From: Gemmatimonadales bacterium
GTDB lineage: Bacteria > Gemmatimonadota > Gemmatimonadetes > Gemmatimonadales > GWC2-71-9
Reading direction: 5' to 3'
DNA length: 64,000 nt
Assembly (NCBI GenBank): GCA_965249575.1
Contig: OZ252244.1
Coordinates: 2,144,001 to 2,208,000, forward strand
Made by a program: the position numbers and the translations under genes. Positions 48,956 through 59,672 of this stretch are shown in pieces. How positions within the stretch are numbered: the first letter of the stretch is position 1; every line of letters starts with the position of its first letter. The notes under the pieces were generated by a model. It saw nothing but the letters and a program-made list of their open reading frames with translations. It searched no databases and was not told where the DNA came from.

Positions 48956-50317
48956 CTACCATAGTTCCCGCAGCTCGCGTGGAAGAAGGGTCGCTCCCTC
49001 GAGCACGACCATCTCGATGCTGCGGGTGTTCGAGATGTCATCGATGGGGCTGCCGGTGAGTACAAGAAAATCCGCGAGGCCCCCCACCTGGAGAACACCG
49101 ATCGAATCGGCTCGGAGGAGCTGGGCACCTCCTCTTGTCGCGGCCATTAGTGCTTCGGTGGGCGTCAGGCCGGCTGCGACGAGGAGCTGTAGCTCGTCGT
49201 GGAGGCTCGCTCCCGGCGCGAGAAGCGGATTGGGCGAGTCCGTTCCCGCTGCCAGGAGGCCTCCCGCTTCCTGGAAGATCCGAACGAACTGATCTTGTTT
49301 TGGCCGAGACCGGCGGAAGGCTGCAAAGTCCCGGCTCCCGATGCCCGCCCTGCGAATGAGGGCGGACACGTTCCATTCTGACCGTGTCTCCTCGGGGACT
49401 CCTGACAGGTCGAGCTGGTCGGCGTACGCTCGATCGTTGAGGTGGGCGTAGGTTTCGTGGGCGGTGAGTGTTGGGACGACTCCCAGTCGAGCCTGAGCCA
49501 GTCGGCGGGCTGTTCGCGCCAGGCTCTCTGTGTCGAGCCCCGCCCAGCCCCGCTCGAACATGTTCCAGCCTCTGTAGAAGTTGTTGTGAGCCTCGAAGTA
49601 AGGGCTCGGGTCCGAAACGGTGGCCTCGACGACGCCGGTCATGTGCTCTATTGCATTTACCCCCAACCGGGAAGCGGTGAGAGCGTCCACCCTCCCCAAA
49701 TGAGCCGCCACAGGCAGCTCCAGCGCAGCCGCCTCGTCAGTGATGGCCCGCAACAGCGATCTCGTGATTCGGGGTGAGACCTTGGCGAGCGCGGCGTCGG
49801 CGAGCGCCAATTGGTCGATCGCCCGCCGGCCCTGCTCCGGGGTACGTACTCCTTCGGCACCGGGCCACTGGACTGGCGCCCGGTCGATCACAGCACCGGC
49901 GACATACATACGCGGCCCGTCGATGACCCGGCCGACGACGTCGTCGCGCAACGCGAGGACGCTGTCTCCAATCCCCCCAGCGTCGCGGATGGAGGTGACT
50001 TCGTAGGCAAGGAAACGCGCGAGCGTCCAGCGCTCTGCGTGGGTATGCGCGTCAACGAGCCCGGGAATGACCCACCGGCCGTCGAGCTGGACGACGGCGG
50101 CCCCTCGTGGAACCTCCAGAGCGTCGGCGGAGGCGATGGCCTCGATCCGGCCCTCGGCCACCAAGATGACGGCGTTCGCGATCACCGGACCCCCGGTTCC
50201 GTCAAACACCTGGGCCCCGACGTACGCGGTCTTCCCGGCCCCCGGACCGGCGCAGCCCGCAATCAGGGCGATACCGATTGGCGCCACCGTTGCGAGGAGT
50301 TGTCTCCTTCTTGCCAC
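48956..50317 (-). CDS. Amidohydrolase-family lipoprotein
   Basis: LIAG-C lipobox, VIPGLVDAHTH, AGTD, ALMAAT, G.LADFLVL..P; GGAGG before GTG 50317. Confidence 0.88.
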   Translation of the reverse strand: MARRRQLLATVAPIGIALIAGCAGPGAGKTAYVGAQVFDGTGGPVIANAVILVAEGRIEAIASADALEVPRGAAVVQLDGRWVIPGLVDAHTHAERWTLARFLAYEVTSIRDAGGIGDSVLALRDDVVGRVIDGPRMYVAGAVIDRAPVQWPGAEGVRTPEQGRRAIDQLALADAALAKVSPRITRSLLRAITDEAAALELPVAAHLGRVDALTASRLGVNAIEHMTGVVEATVSDPSPYFEAHNNFYRGWNMFERGWAGLDTESLARTARRLAQARLGVVPTLTAHETYAHLNDRAYADQLDLSGVPEETRSEWNVSALIRRAGIGSRDFAAFRRSRPKQDQFVRIFQEAGGLLAAGTDSPNPLLAPGASLHDELQLLVAAGLTPTEALMAATRGGAQLLRADSIGVLQVGGLADFLVLTGSPIDDISNTRSIEMVVLEGATLLPRELRELW

Positions 50318-50513
50318 GGTGCCTCCACCGCCTGGTGGTTGAGGGATCGCGAGAGTCATCGGCCCGGGCGCGTGCCCGGGGGTTGGGTGAGGCCGCACGG
50401 TTGCGGAAGCGCGCGAAGGCCGGCGCACCGGGGAGCACCCCGGTCTTGCCGGCCGCGCGATCTTGACTCCCAAAAACCCGCCCGGTGCCGCGACAAAGGG
50501 GCCAGGATGCCGA

Positions 50514-51023
50514 TTAACGCCTTTGGGAACGAGCTTTCTTCTTCGCGGCTTTTCGCCCTGGCGCCTTGCGAGCCACCTTCTTCGTCCCGCGCTTTGCGGT
50601 CTTTCGGGCCGGTTTCCGCTTTGCTGGTTTCTTTCGAGACTTGCCGGTCCCTCTCGCTGCCTTCTTCCGTGCGGGTTTTCTCTTCGCCGCCTTCTTTCCC
50701 GTCGTTCGCTTCTTCGCGACCTTCTTCTTGCCCGCGGCTTTCTTTCTGGCGGATTTCCGCGGGGACTTCTTCTTCGCAGCCCGTTTCTTGACGGCTCGCT
50801 TCTTGGCTTTCGCCTTCTTCTTAGGCTTCGCTTTCTTGGCCTTTTTGGGTTTGGCCTTGGCCTTGGCCTTTCTCGGGGTGGCCGCCGGCGTCGGCGCCGC
50901 TGGTTGGGACCAGATCGGCGGAGGTGCCTCTTCAGCCGGACGTGCCGGTGGGGTCAGCGGCATCGGGTCCCACATCCCCGGGCCGCCGAGACCGGAGTTG
51001 GTGGACTCGTGAATAATGGCCAT
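50514..51023 (-). CDS. Lys/Ala/Arg-rich histone-H1-like basic protein
   Basis: More than 100 residues of KKAAK/KPARK-type repeats after a Pro-rich N-terminus; GGAGGG RBS. Confidence 0.7.
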   Translation of the reverse strand: MAIIHESTNSGLGGPGMWDPMPLTPPARPAEEAPPPIWSQPAAPTPAATPRKAKAKAKPKKAKKAKPKKKAKAKKRAVKKRAAKKKSPRKSARKKAAGKKKVAKKRTTGKKAAKRKPARKKAARGTGKSRKKPAKRKPARKTAKRGTKKVARKAPGRKAAKKKARSQRR

Positions 51024-51149
51024 GTCGTTTCCCTCCGGTAGGTGCAGTGTGGCCGCTATAGTTTGTGTGTAGGAGGATCATGCGCAAGTGTTCTCGGCTC
51101 ATCTGCTTGACATGCGACACGGGCCGTTCTTACGTTCGATCGCATATCC

Positions 51150-53442
51150 TATGACGTCTTTTACGGTTACGGGACTCTCGGGACGCGCGGTTGGACTGGC
51201 CGCACCGCCGGGTTGCATCTTGCTCATGCTTGCCATCAGCGCCGATTGGGCACGTGCGCAGGCGGTGGTAGAGGTCCAAATCGCGCCGCCCTCTGTCACC
51301 GTCAGGGTCGGCGAACGTCAGTCGGTGTTCGCGACCGCCTATGATTCACGCGGAAACGTCATCCCCGGGGTTCCCTTGAGATGGAGCAGCACGAACCTCG
51401 CGGTGCTCCGCGTGGTGCCTGACAGCACGGCTCCGGATCTCGCGACCCTGGTGGGAATCGCCCCCGGTGTCGCCCAGGTGGAGGTTCGTGCGGCAGACCG
51501 CAAGGGATCCGCCACCGTGCAGGTCGCCGCTGCTGGTGCGGGCGCGCCGGGCGCGCCTCCCGTGAGGATGCCGGTCGCGCGCGGCGGCGCGGCATCACAC
51601 CTACAGATCGATCCCAACACGGTCTACCTGCTTCCCGCTGAAGGACGGCGACTCAACCCGATCTTCCTCATGGCTGACGGCACGCCGGCGAGTCCGGCAC
51701 CCGTTACCTGGAGGTCGATGATCCCGAGCGTGGCGTCGGTGAATGCCCAAGGCGTTGTAGTCGGTTTGGGCGCGGGCCAGGGCCTCATCGAGGCCTCCGC
51801 CCCGGGGGGCTTGTCCGCGAGAGTACCGGTCCAGGTCGCGCTCAGCCGGTTTACACTGGACCAGTCAGCCGTCGCCATGTCGCCCGGCACCTTTGATTCC
51901 CTGCACGTGGTCGTTCCTGAACAAAACAACCGGCGGGTGGCGCCTGAGGCGCTACAATGGCGTACCACCGACCCCGGGGTGGTTCGGGTTTCCCCATTGG
52001 GTGTCGTTTCGGCCGGTGCGGGGGGAACAGCCGAGATCGTTGCTTCGGGGTTTCTCCAGGAAGCCCGCGTGGCGGTAACTGTCCATCGTCCGGTTGAATT
52101 CATGCAGTTCTCGCCGCCGGTAGGTACTGATACCGTGCAAATCCCGCTCGGCGGCACGCAGCACTTTCTGGCCGAGGCGCTGGCGGCGGACAATTCGCCG
52201 GTTCCGAACGCCCCCATTCGTTTCGATCTCGAGGACACCTCTGTCGTGTCGTTCGTGCCCACCACGGGCATCGCTACCGCCAAGGCGTTGGGTGTGACGA
52301 AGCTCCGGGTAAGCGGTCCGGGCGCCGGTCTAGACACGATGTGGACCGTGAGCGTCGTGGGCGGCGGACTGCTGATCCGGCCGCGCCGCATCGGTCTGTC
52401 GCGGGGCGGCAGCACGAATCTCACGGCGTCCTTCACCGATGCAGCGGGCGAGCCGATTGCCCCGGCGACGCAGGTGCGGTGGACGACATTGGATCCGAGC
52501 GTTGCGCGGGTGGACGCCGACGGAGGCGTTCTGGGCGCAGGCTACGGGAGGGCGTCCGTGGTCGCCACCACGCCGTGGGGAAGCGCCGACACCACCCGGG
52601 TCTACGTTCAGGGTGAGATCGTCGTAACCTCGCTCCGATCCGGCGCGCCGGATCTCTACGCTTTTGACCGGTCGGCGCCTGCGCTGTTGAATCCGGTAAC
52701 CAGCAGCCCGCAGTCTGAGATGTCGGCTGCCTACTCTCCGGACGGCTCCCGAATCGCCTACGTCTCCGCCGCCGCGGACGGTAATCAAGAAATCTTCCTG
52801 GTCAACGCCGATGGTACCGACCCCCTGGCCCTCACCGTGACCGCGGCGGGAGAGGATTCGCCGGATTGGTCCGCGGACGGGCGGGAGATCGTGTACGCGT
52901 CGAATGCTACGGGATCCTTCCAGATTTGGATCATGGATGCCGACGGATCTAACCCCCGCCGGCTCACGGAAGGCCCCGATTTCAACTTCCAGCCTGCGGT
53001 ATCTCCCGATGGCGAGACCATCGCCTTCACGTCCACGCGGGCGGGCAACTACGAGATCTTCATGATGGATCTCGACGGGTCGAACCAGCGCAACGCCAGC
53101 AACAGCACGGGTAAGGAGACTTCTCCCGTTTGGTTCCCCGACGGTCAGATTGCGTTCATTCGAGAAGTGGGGACCGGCAAAGAGGCGACCTCCGCCATCG
53201 TTAAGGCGGACGCCGGGACCGGTCAGCTTGCGATCCTCACGCCTCCCGGGCTCAACGTGACGGATTTTGCTCTGTCGCGTGATGGGACTCTTTTGGTGAT
53301 GACCGTCGCGGTTCCCGGGTCCGGGCGAAGCATCAACAGCCGGCTCTATCTGATTGAGCTCGGGTCGGCGCCGGCCGTGCCGGTCGAGGTGCCGGTATCC
53401 TCGCCCGAGGACCAGTTCTTCGCGCCGGCATTCAAGAGGTGA
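51150..53442 (+). CDS. Secreted protein with tandem Ig-like (Big_2-type) domains and a TolB-like (PD40) beta-propeller
   Basis: Signal ending ARA-Q; repeated W.S....VA.V...G.V motifs; SPDGSRIAY, SPDWSADG, PAVSPDG repeats; start uncertain. Confidence 0.82.
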
Positions 53443-53486
53443 TCCGCCGTTCCCCCTGCTACCTCACTGCCGAATAACCTGGCCGA

Positions 53487-54536
53487 ATGAAAGCGGTCGT
53501 CATACGAGGCCACGGCGACCGCTCGCAAATGGCGCTCACCGAAGTCGACCGGCCAGCGATAGCCGGCGATCGAGACGTGCTGGTGAACATTCGAGCAGGA
53601 GCGCTGAACCGGCTTGATCTATGGACACTTCGAGGTCTTCCGGGCATCTCGCTCACCTTCCCGCATGTGCTGGGTGGCGATGGCGCAGGCATCGTTGCCG
53701 ACGTAGGGGTTGGCGTCCATCGGGTCGCGCCAGGCGATCGGGTGATGATCAATCCGGGGCTCTCGTGCCACCGCTGCGACTGTTGCCTGGCCGGTGAGCA
53801 TTCGCTCTGCGTCCGTTATCAGCTCCTTGGCGAGCACGTGCCCGGCACGCTTGCAGAGTATGTGGTCGTCCCGGATGTGAACCTCGCGCCCGTGCCGACC
53901 CTGCCCATGCCGAATTCCGAGGTCGGGTGGCCGGAAGCGGCGGCCTTTTCACTAGTGACGTTGACTGCATGGCGCATGCTGGTGACTCGGGCGCGAGTGA
54001 GGCCCGGCGAGGTCGTGCTGATCTGGGGCATTGGGGGCGGTGTCTCGGTTACCGCGCTGCAGGTGGCGAAATTGGCCGGAGCCTTCGTGATCGCGACGTC
54101 CTCTAGCGACTCAAAGCTTGAGCGGGCGCGCACATTGGGTGCGGATGTCACGCTCAATCACGAGCGGACCGACGTTGCGAAAGAGGTTTGCGCCCAGACG
54201 GGAAAACGCGGGGCTGACGTGGTCGTGGACAACGTCGGCGAGGCCACGTGGGAGCTTTCGCTGCGCGCGCTCGGGAAGGGCGGCCGGCTGGTCTCCTGCG
54301 GTGGGACGACGGGACATCGGGTCGTGACGGATGTTCGGAGGCTATTCTGGAACCAATGGTCGATAATGGGCTCGACGATGGGCAATGTCTCCGAGTATCA
54401 GGAGATCGTCCGACTCCTCTCCCAGGGTCATCTTCGTCCGGTTCTCGATTCGGTTTACCCGTTTGACGATGCGCTCGCGGCCTTCGGGCGGCTCGAGTCT
54501 GGGGAACAAATGGGCAAGATCGCCGTCGAGATTTGA
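53487..54536 (+). CDS. Zinc-binding alcohol dehydrogenase/quinone reductase (MDR) family protein
   Basis: MKAVV, LNRLD, GDRV, CHRCDCC..C structural zinc, WGIGGGV, GSTMG, GKIAV. Confidence 0.9.
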   Translation: MKAVVIRGHGDRSQMALTEVDRPAIAGDRDVLVNIRAGALNRLDLWTLRGLPGISLTFPHVLGGDGAGIVADVGVGVHRVAPGDRVMINPGLSCHRCDCCLAGEHSLCVRYQLLGEHVPGTLAEYVVVPDVNLAPVPTLPMPNSEVGWPEAAAFSLVTLTAWRMLVTRARVRPGEVVLIWGIGGGVSVTALQVAKLAGAFVIATSSSDSKLERARTLGADVTLNHERTDVAKEVCAQTGKRGADVVVDNVGEATWELSLRALGKGGRLVSCGGTTGHRVVTDVRRLFWNQWSIMGSTMGNVSEYQEIVRLLSQGHLRPVLDSVYPFDDALAAFGRLESGEQMGKIAVEI

Positions 54537-54617
54537 GGGCGCCTGTTGCCGGGTATTCGCACCCCCGAGACATCTGTAACCCGTTGAATCACAAGGAATT
54601 AAATGCCATACTGACCA

Positions 54618-54646
54618 TTGCCTTCCGGGTCCGATCGGAGTATCCT
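54618..54646 (+). promoter_or_regulatory. Sigma70-like promoter TTGCCT-N17-TATCCT for gyrA
   Basis: Hexamers at 54618-54623 and 54641-54646 with a 17-bp spacer, preceded by an AT-rich tract. Confidence 0.55.
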
Positions 54647-54701
54647 TCAAGGGCCTCCGGGGGAGTTGACGGCCCCCTTTTTTCTTCAGACTTGGAATCC
54701 G

Positions 54702-57215
54702 ATGTCCTCACCAATTCAGCGGGAACGCATCCTGCCGCGCCTGATCGAAGACGAGATGCGGGAATCGTTCATCGACTATTCGATGAGCGTGATCGTCCAG
54801 CGGGCGCTTCCGGACGTTCGCGACGGCCTCAAGCCGGTGCACCGCCGGATCCTGTATGCCATGAACGAACTCGGGTTGATCCCGGGGCGGCCGTACAAGA
54901 AGTCTGCGACGGTCGTCGGAGACGTGCTGGGTAAGTACCACCCCCATGGTGACACGGCTGTCTACGACTCGCTCGTACGCATGGTGCAGGATTTCTCCCT
55001 CCGGTATCCGCTCATCGATGGACAGGGTAATTTCGGCTCCGTAGACGGGGATAGCGCGGCGGCATATCGGTACACGGAGGCACGGCTGACGCCGCTGGCG
55101 CTGGCGTTGTTGTCGGATATCGATGAGAACACCGTCGACTTTTCCCCCAACTTCGACGATAGGCTCGAAGAGCCCACCGTTCTCCCGGCAACGTTTCCCA
55201 ACCTATTGGTCAATGGGTCGTCGGGCATCGCCGTCGGGATGGCGACCAACATCCCGCCCCACAACCTGGGTGAAGTCGTCGATGCGATCCGGCACCTCAT
55301 CGATGATCCGGACTGCGACGTCGGGTCGCTTCGCGAGAACATTCACGGCCCCGATTTCCCGACGGGCGGCTACATCTACGGGCGGGACGGCATCAAGGAG
55401 TGCTATGAGACCGGTCGCGGGCGGATCATCATGCGCGCCCGGGCGCGGATCGAGGAGCGGGAGTCCTCGGGGAGATCGCAGATCGTCATCACGGAGATCC
55501 CGTTTCAGGTCAATAAGTCCCGACTGGTCGAGCAGATCGCCGACCTCGTCCGCGCAAAGCGCGTGACGGATATCAGCGACTTGCGCGATGAGTCCGACCG
55601 TGATGGGATGCGGGTTGTCGTGGAACTGAAGCGGGATGCCAATCCGACGATCGTGCTGAATCAACTGTATAAGCACACGCAGATGCAGGCCACCTTCGGA
55701 TCGATCATGCTCGCGTTGGTCGGGGGCGTGCCGAGGGTCATGAACCTGAAAGAGCTGCTGCAACCCTTCGTCGACCATCGGCACGAGGTCGTGACCCGGC
55801 GCACGGAGTTCGAGCGTGAGCAGGCTGAGGCGCGTGAGCACATCCTCCAAGGGCTGAAGGTCGCGGTCGACAGCATCGACGAGGTGATCGAGATCATTCG
55901 AGGATCAGCCACCACGCCGGCGGCGGACGAGGCGCTCCGCGAGCGATTCGAGCTGTCTGAGAAGCAGAGCGAGGCCATTCTCAACATGCGCCTGGCGCGC
56001 CTGACCGCGCTCGAAGTCGACAAGCTCCAGGAGGAGCTCACCGAGATCGCCAAGCTCATTCGCAAACTCAAGGCGATCCTCGGATCCCACCCCAAGCGAA
56101 TGTCGATCATCAAGGATGAGCTGACGGAACTGGTAAAGCGATTCGGCGACGAGCGGCGCACGGAGATCGTTGCCGACCAGCAAGACTTCAGTATCGAAGA
56201 TCTGATCGCTGAAGAAGATATGGTCATCACGGTTTCGCACGCCGGCTACATCAAGCGGATCCCAGTGAGCACGTACCGTCGGCAGCGCCGGGGTGGGCGG
56301 GGGCTCAATGGGATGGGCACCAAGGAAGACGATTGGGTGGAGCATCTCTTCGTGGCGTCGACGCACGATTACGTGCTCTTTTTCACACAGAGCGGCCAGC
56401 TGTATTGGCTCAAGGTCTATGACATTCCGCAGGGCGGCCGAGCCGCCCGAGGGAAACCCGTCGTCAACCTGATCCAGATCCGACCTTCCGAACGGATCGC
56501 GGCCTTCGTGGCCGTCCGGGAGTTCACTGATGCGAAGTATGTCGTGTTCGCCACGGCCAACGGAACCGTGAAAAAGACCGTGCTGTCGGCGTACGGGAAC
56601 CCTCGGGCCAACGGCATCAAGGCGATCAATATCGAGTCTGGGGATGAGTTAATCGATGTGCAGATCACCGATGGAACGAACGACGTGGTGTTGGCGACGA
56701 AGAACGGGATGAGCATTCGCTTCGCCGAAAAAGACGTACGCGAGATGGGAAGGGCGACGGCCGGGGTGCGCGGCATCGAACTCGTGGCGGACGACCGCAT
56801 GATAGGTATGGTCGTCGTGCGCCGGGACGCAACATTGCTCGTGGTATCGGAGCGGGGTCTGGGTAAACGTTCGGTGCTCGGGGACTACCGCGTCCAAAGA
56901 CGTGGTGGAAAAGGAATCATTACGCTGAAGCGAACCGACAAAACCGGTTCCATCGTCGCGCTGAAGGAAGTGCTGCCTGATGACGAGTTGATGATCATCA
57001 CCCGCCATGGTGTGATCATCCGGCTCCCGGTCGAAGGCATTCGGGTCATCGGCCGGAATACGCAGGGCGTGCGGGTCATGAACCTCGGGTCCGGCGATTC
57101 CGTCGTCGACGTAGCTCGCGTGATCAAGGAAGACGACGTCGGCCCGGAAGGCGTGCAAGGCGAGGCAGATACCGCCGTGACGACGGGGGAGGAGCAGCGC
57201 CAGCTCGACATGTAG
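54702..57215 (+). CDS. gyrA: DNA gyrase subunit A
   Basis: [31 protein letters not shown], GyrA box QRRGGRG. Confidence 0.97.
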   Translation: MSSPIQRERILPRLIEDEMRESFIDYSMSVIVQRALPDVRDGLKPVHRRILYAMNELGLIPGRPYKKSATVVGDVLGKYHPHGDTAVYDSLVRMVQDFSLRYPLIDGQGNFGSVDGDSAAAYRYTEARLTPLALALLSDIDENTVDFSPNFDDRLEEPTVLPATFPNLLVNGSSGIAVGMATNIPPHNLGEVVDAIRHLIDDPDCDVGSLRENIHGPDFPTGGYIYGRDGIKECYETGRGRIIMRARARIEERESSGRSQIVITEIPFQVNKSRLVEQIADLVRAKRVTDISDLRDESDRDGMRVVVELKRDANPTIVLNQLYKHTQMQATFGSIMLALVGGVPRVMNLKELLQPFVDHRHEVVTRRTEFEREQAEAREHILQGLKVAVDSIDEVIEIIRGSATTPAADEALRERFELSEKQSEAILNMRLARLTALEVDKLQEELTEIAKLIRKLKAILGSHPKRMSIIKDELTELVKRFGDERRTEIVADQQDFSIEDLIAEEDMVITVSHAGYIKRIPVSTYRRQRRGGRGLNGMGTKEDDWVEHLFVASTHDYVLFFTQSGQLYWLKVYDIPQGGRAARGKPVVNLIQIRPSERIAAFVAVREFTDAKYVVFATANGTVKKTVLSAYGNPRANGIKAINIESGDELIDVQITDGTNDVVLATKNGMSIRFAEKDVREMGRATAGVRGIELVADDRMIGMVVVRRDATLLVVSERGLGKRSVLGDYRVQRRGGKGIITLKRTDKTGSIVALKEVLPDDELMIITRHGVIIRLPVEGIRVIGRNTQGVRVMNLGSGDSVVDVARVIKEDDVGPEGVQGEADTAVTTGEEQRQLDM

Positions 57216-57421
57216 AGTGCCGCCCTATCCCTTTCCTACCAGCCGTTTACATTCAACGGTCCCGCGGGATGGAGAGGGTGGCGCGTTCGTTGGAGCGGTC
57301 ACCGCGTCCAGGTCGCCCGGCGCAGGGTGAGTCCGCGGGCCGCTGGTTCGGGCTTCACCGAGTGCGGTTGACCTCGGCCTCAGCGCCGAAGGGCGCTTTC
57401 GCGGGTGGCCTCTTGTTATGA

Positions 57422-58564
57422 GTCGAGGCCCAGCTCAAGACGGCTCGCCAGTACAAGGAAATGCGCGAGGCGGCGCGTCAAAACGAGGAAGCACGCATCA
57501 AGGCGGAGGAATCGGCCAAGGTACACGCAGAGGAAGCCCGCACGCGTGCCGAAATGGTGGACATCCTTCGCGAGGTGACCGACTCGCTCAAGGCGGAGGA
57601 GATCTACCACATCTTGGCGCGCCGTGTGGCGCGGGTGTTGAGCATTTCCAAGTGTTCGATCGTGATCGCTCAGGCGGGTGACGAATCCGGTATCGTCGTG
57701 GCCGCCTTCGAGAACCCGATGCTCCGGAACCTGCAAATCCAGCTGAAGCGCTATCCCGAGATACGCGAGGCGCTCAAGACCAACAAGCCCGTGCTGGTGT
57801 CGGACGTTTTCACCGAGGCCCTATACGAGGAGGTTCGGCAGGAGTGGGCTCACGAAGGCATCGAAGTCACCACACGGTCGGCGCTTGCCCTGCCCTTTAC
57901 GCTGAGGGGGAAGCGATCTGGGGTATTCTTCCTTCGAACCACTGCAGAGGATCCGCACCTCACGGACGCCCATGCCGAGTTCGCAGAGCGAGTCATCGAC
58001 GCCGCCGTGTCGGCCATTGAAAAGGCCTACGATCTCCAGACGGTAGTCTCCGACAAGGAGCGCTACGAGCGGCTGGCGAATATCGACGCGCTCACAGGTT
58101 GCTTCAATCGGCGTGCGTTACACGAGCGACTCGACCGAGAGTTGGATCGGGCCCGGCGCTATCGGTTCGCGCTCACGATCATGATGATCGACCTCGACCG
58201 TTTCAAGGAAGTAAACGATAGTCGCGGCCATCTGGCCGGCGACAGCGTGCTCCGGCAGATCGGTGAGATCCTCCGTGGTGAGGCGCGGTCCGTGGACGTC
58301 GTTGCTCGGTATGGAGGCGAGGAGTTCGCGATCGTGCTGCCGGAAACCGGGCTGGATGGCGCCATGATCTTCGCCGAGCGGGTTCGGGCGCGAGTCGCGG
58401 TCCACAACTTCGCTGACGAGAACAAGCCGCTACGAGCGACCGTATCCGTCGGAGTGTCGATGTTCCCGGACGAAGCGGTCGATTCCGTCGAATCCCTGAT
58501 CGCGAAGGCCGACGGGGCCCTGTATCGGGCGAAGGACGAGGGCCGTAATCTGGTGAGGCGATGA
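57422..58564 (+). CDS. GAF-GGDEF diguanylate cyclase, N-terminus apparently truncated or interrupted
   Basis: DALTG.FNRR, DLDRFK.VND..GH..GD, I-site RSVD, RYGGEEF. Frame opens at VEAQLK after TGA 57419; first ATG is at 57461. Confidence 0.85.
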   Translation, partial: VEAQLKTARQYKEMREAARQNEEARIKAEESAKVHAEEARTRAEMVDILREVTDSLKAEEIYHILARRVARVLSISKCSIVIAQAGDESGIVVAAFENPMLRNLQIQLKRYPEIREALKTNKPVLVSDVFTEALYEEVRQEWAHEGIEVTTRSALALPFTLRGKRSGVFFLRTTAEDPHLTDAHAEFAERVIDAAVSAIEKAYDLQTVVSDKERYERLANIDALTGCFNRRALHERLDRELDRARRYRFALTIMMIDLDRFKEVNDSRGHLAGDSVLRQIGEILRGEARSVDVVARYGGEEFAIVLPETGLDGAMIFAERVRARVAVHNFADENKPLRATVSVGVSMFPDEAVDSVESLIAKADGALYRAKDEGRNLVRR

Positions 58565-59640
58565 GCACTCGTCGGTGCCCGAGGTGCGGGAGCGTGTACA
58601 CCGGAGAGGCCCGCTTCTGCGCCAAGGACGGTAGTCCCCTTGTCGACGTCGCTCCGGGATCGGTCAAGACCCCACCTGCGGCGAAGTCGTTCGAGGGGTC
58701 TGCCACGGCAGCTCGACATGCGACCCCGCGGGCAGCGACCAGTAAGGACAAGGCTGCCTCGCTGTCGAGCCAGGTGTTGGATTCACGCTATCAGGTTCTC
58801 CGAAAACTGGGCGAGGGCGGCATGCCCTACGTCTACGAGGCCCGAGCGCTGGGAAGCGGTGATTCCGTAGCGATCAAGGTGCTCAGCCCTAAGCTGAGTG
58901 CCGATCAGAGTTCCGTTGAGCGCTTGCGTCGCGAAGCCGGTCTCGCCATGCGACTCGATCACCCAAACGTCTGCCGGATCATCCGATTGGGCGAGACCGA
59001 GGACGGCCTCATCTATCTGGTCATGCCCTACCTTCGCGGGGAGTTACTGTCAGACCGCGAGGTCAAGGTGGGCCCAATGGAGGCCGAGCCGGGCGTGACC
59101 ATCCTGGCGCAGGTCTGTGCTGGTTTACATCAAGCGCACCAACTCCACATCGTGCACCGCGATCTCAAACCCGAGAACATCATGCTGGTGCCGAAGGATG
59201 ACGGCGGGGACGAAGCCGTAGTGATGGACTTCGGGCTCGCCAAGGAAAACCGGGCCGACCCCAGTATGGCCAAGCTCACGGCGACCGGTATCATCCTGGG
59301 GACACCTGAGTTCATGAGCCCCGAGCAGATCCGCGGTAAGACGCTGGATGCCCGGAGTGACGTCTACGCGCTGGGGATCGTGGGTTTTGAGTTGTTCACC
59401 GGCAAGCTCCCCTTCCAGGGGAGGAACGCGCAAGAGATGATGATTGCGCGCCTGCGAGGGCAGCCCACGCCGCTCGAGCAGTTTCGAACTGATTTCCCGC
59501 CCAAGTTAGAGCGAGCCCTGATGAAATCGCTCGAAGCGAATCCGGACAACCGCTATCGGACCGCACTCGACTTCGGGCTCGCGTTGGCGGAGTCTCTCGG
59601 ACCTGACACGTTGGCGAAGCTCCAACCCGTGCTGCAGTAA
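58561..59640 (+). CDS. Hanks-type Ser/Thr protein kinase with N-terminal zinc ribbon
   Basis: CPRC..FCAKDG, LGEGGM, VAIK, HRDLKPEN, DFG, GTPEFMSPE, SDVYALG; ATGA overlap. Confidence 0.93.
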   Translation: MSTRRCPRCGSVYTGEARFCAKDGSPLVDVAPGSVKTPPAAKSFEGSATAARHATPRAATSKDKAASLSSQVLDSRYQVLRKLGEGGMPYVYEARALGSGDSVAIKVLSPKLSADQSSVERLRREAGLAMRLDHPNVCRIIRLGETEDGLIYLVMPYLRGELLSDREVKVGPMEAEPGVTILAQVCAGLHQAHQLHIVHRDLKPENIMLVPKDDGGDEAVVMDFGLAKENRADPSMAKLTATGIILGTPEFMSPEQIRGKTLDARSDVYALGIVGFELFTGKLPFQGRNAQEMMIARLRGQPTPLEQFRTDFPPKLERALMKSLEANPDNRYRTALDFGLALAESLGPDTLAKLQPVLQ

Positions 59641-59672
59641 CCGGGGCTCGGAGATTCGACCGCACCCCCCAG

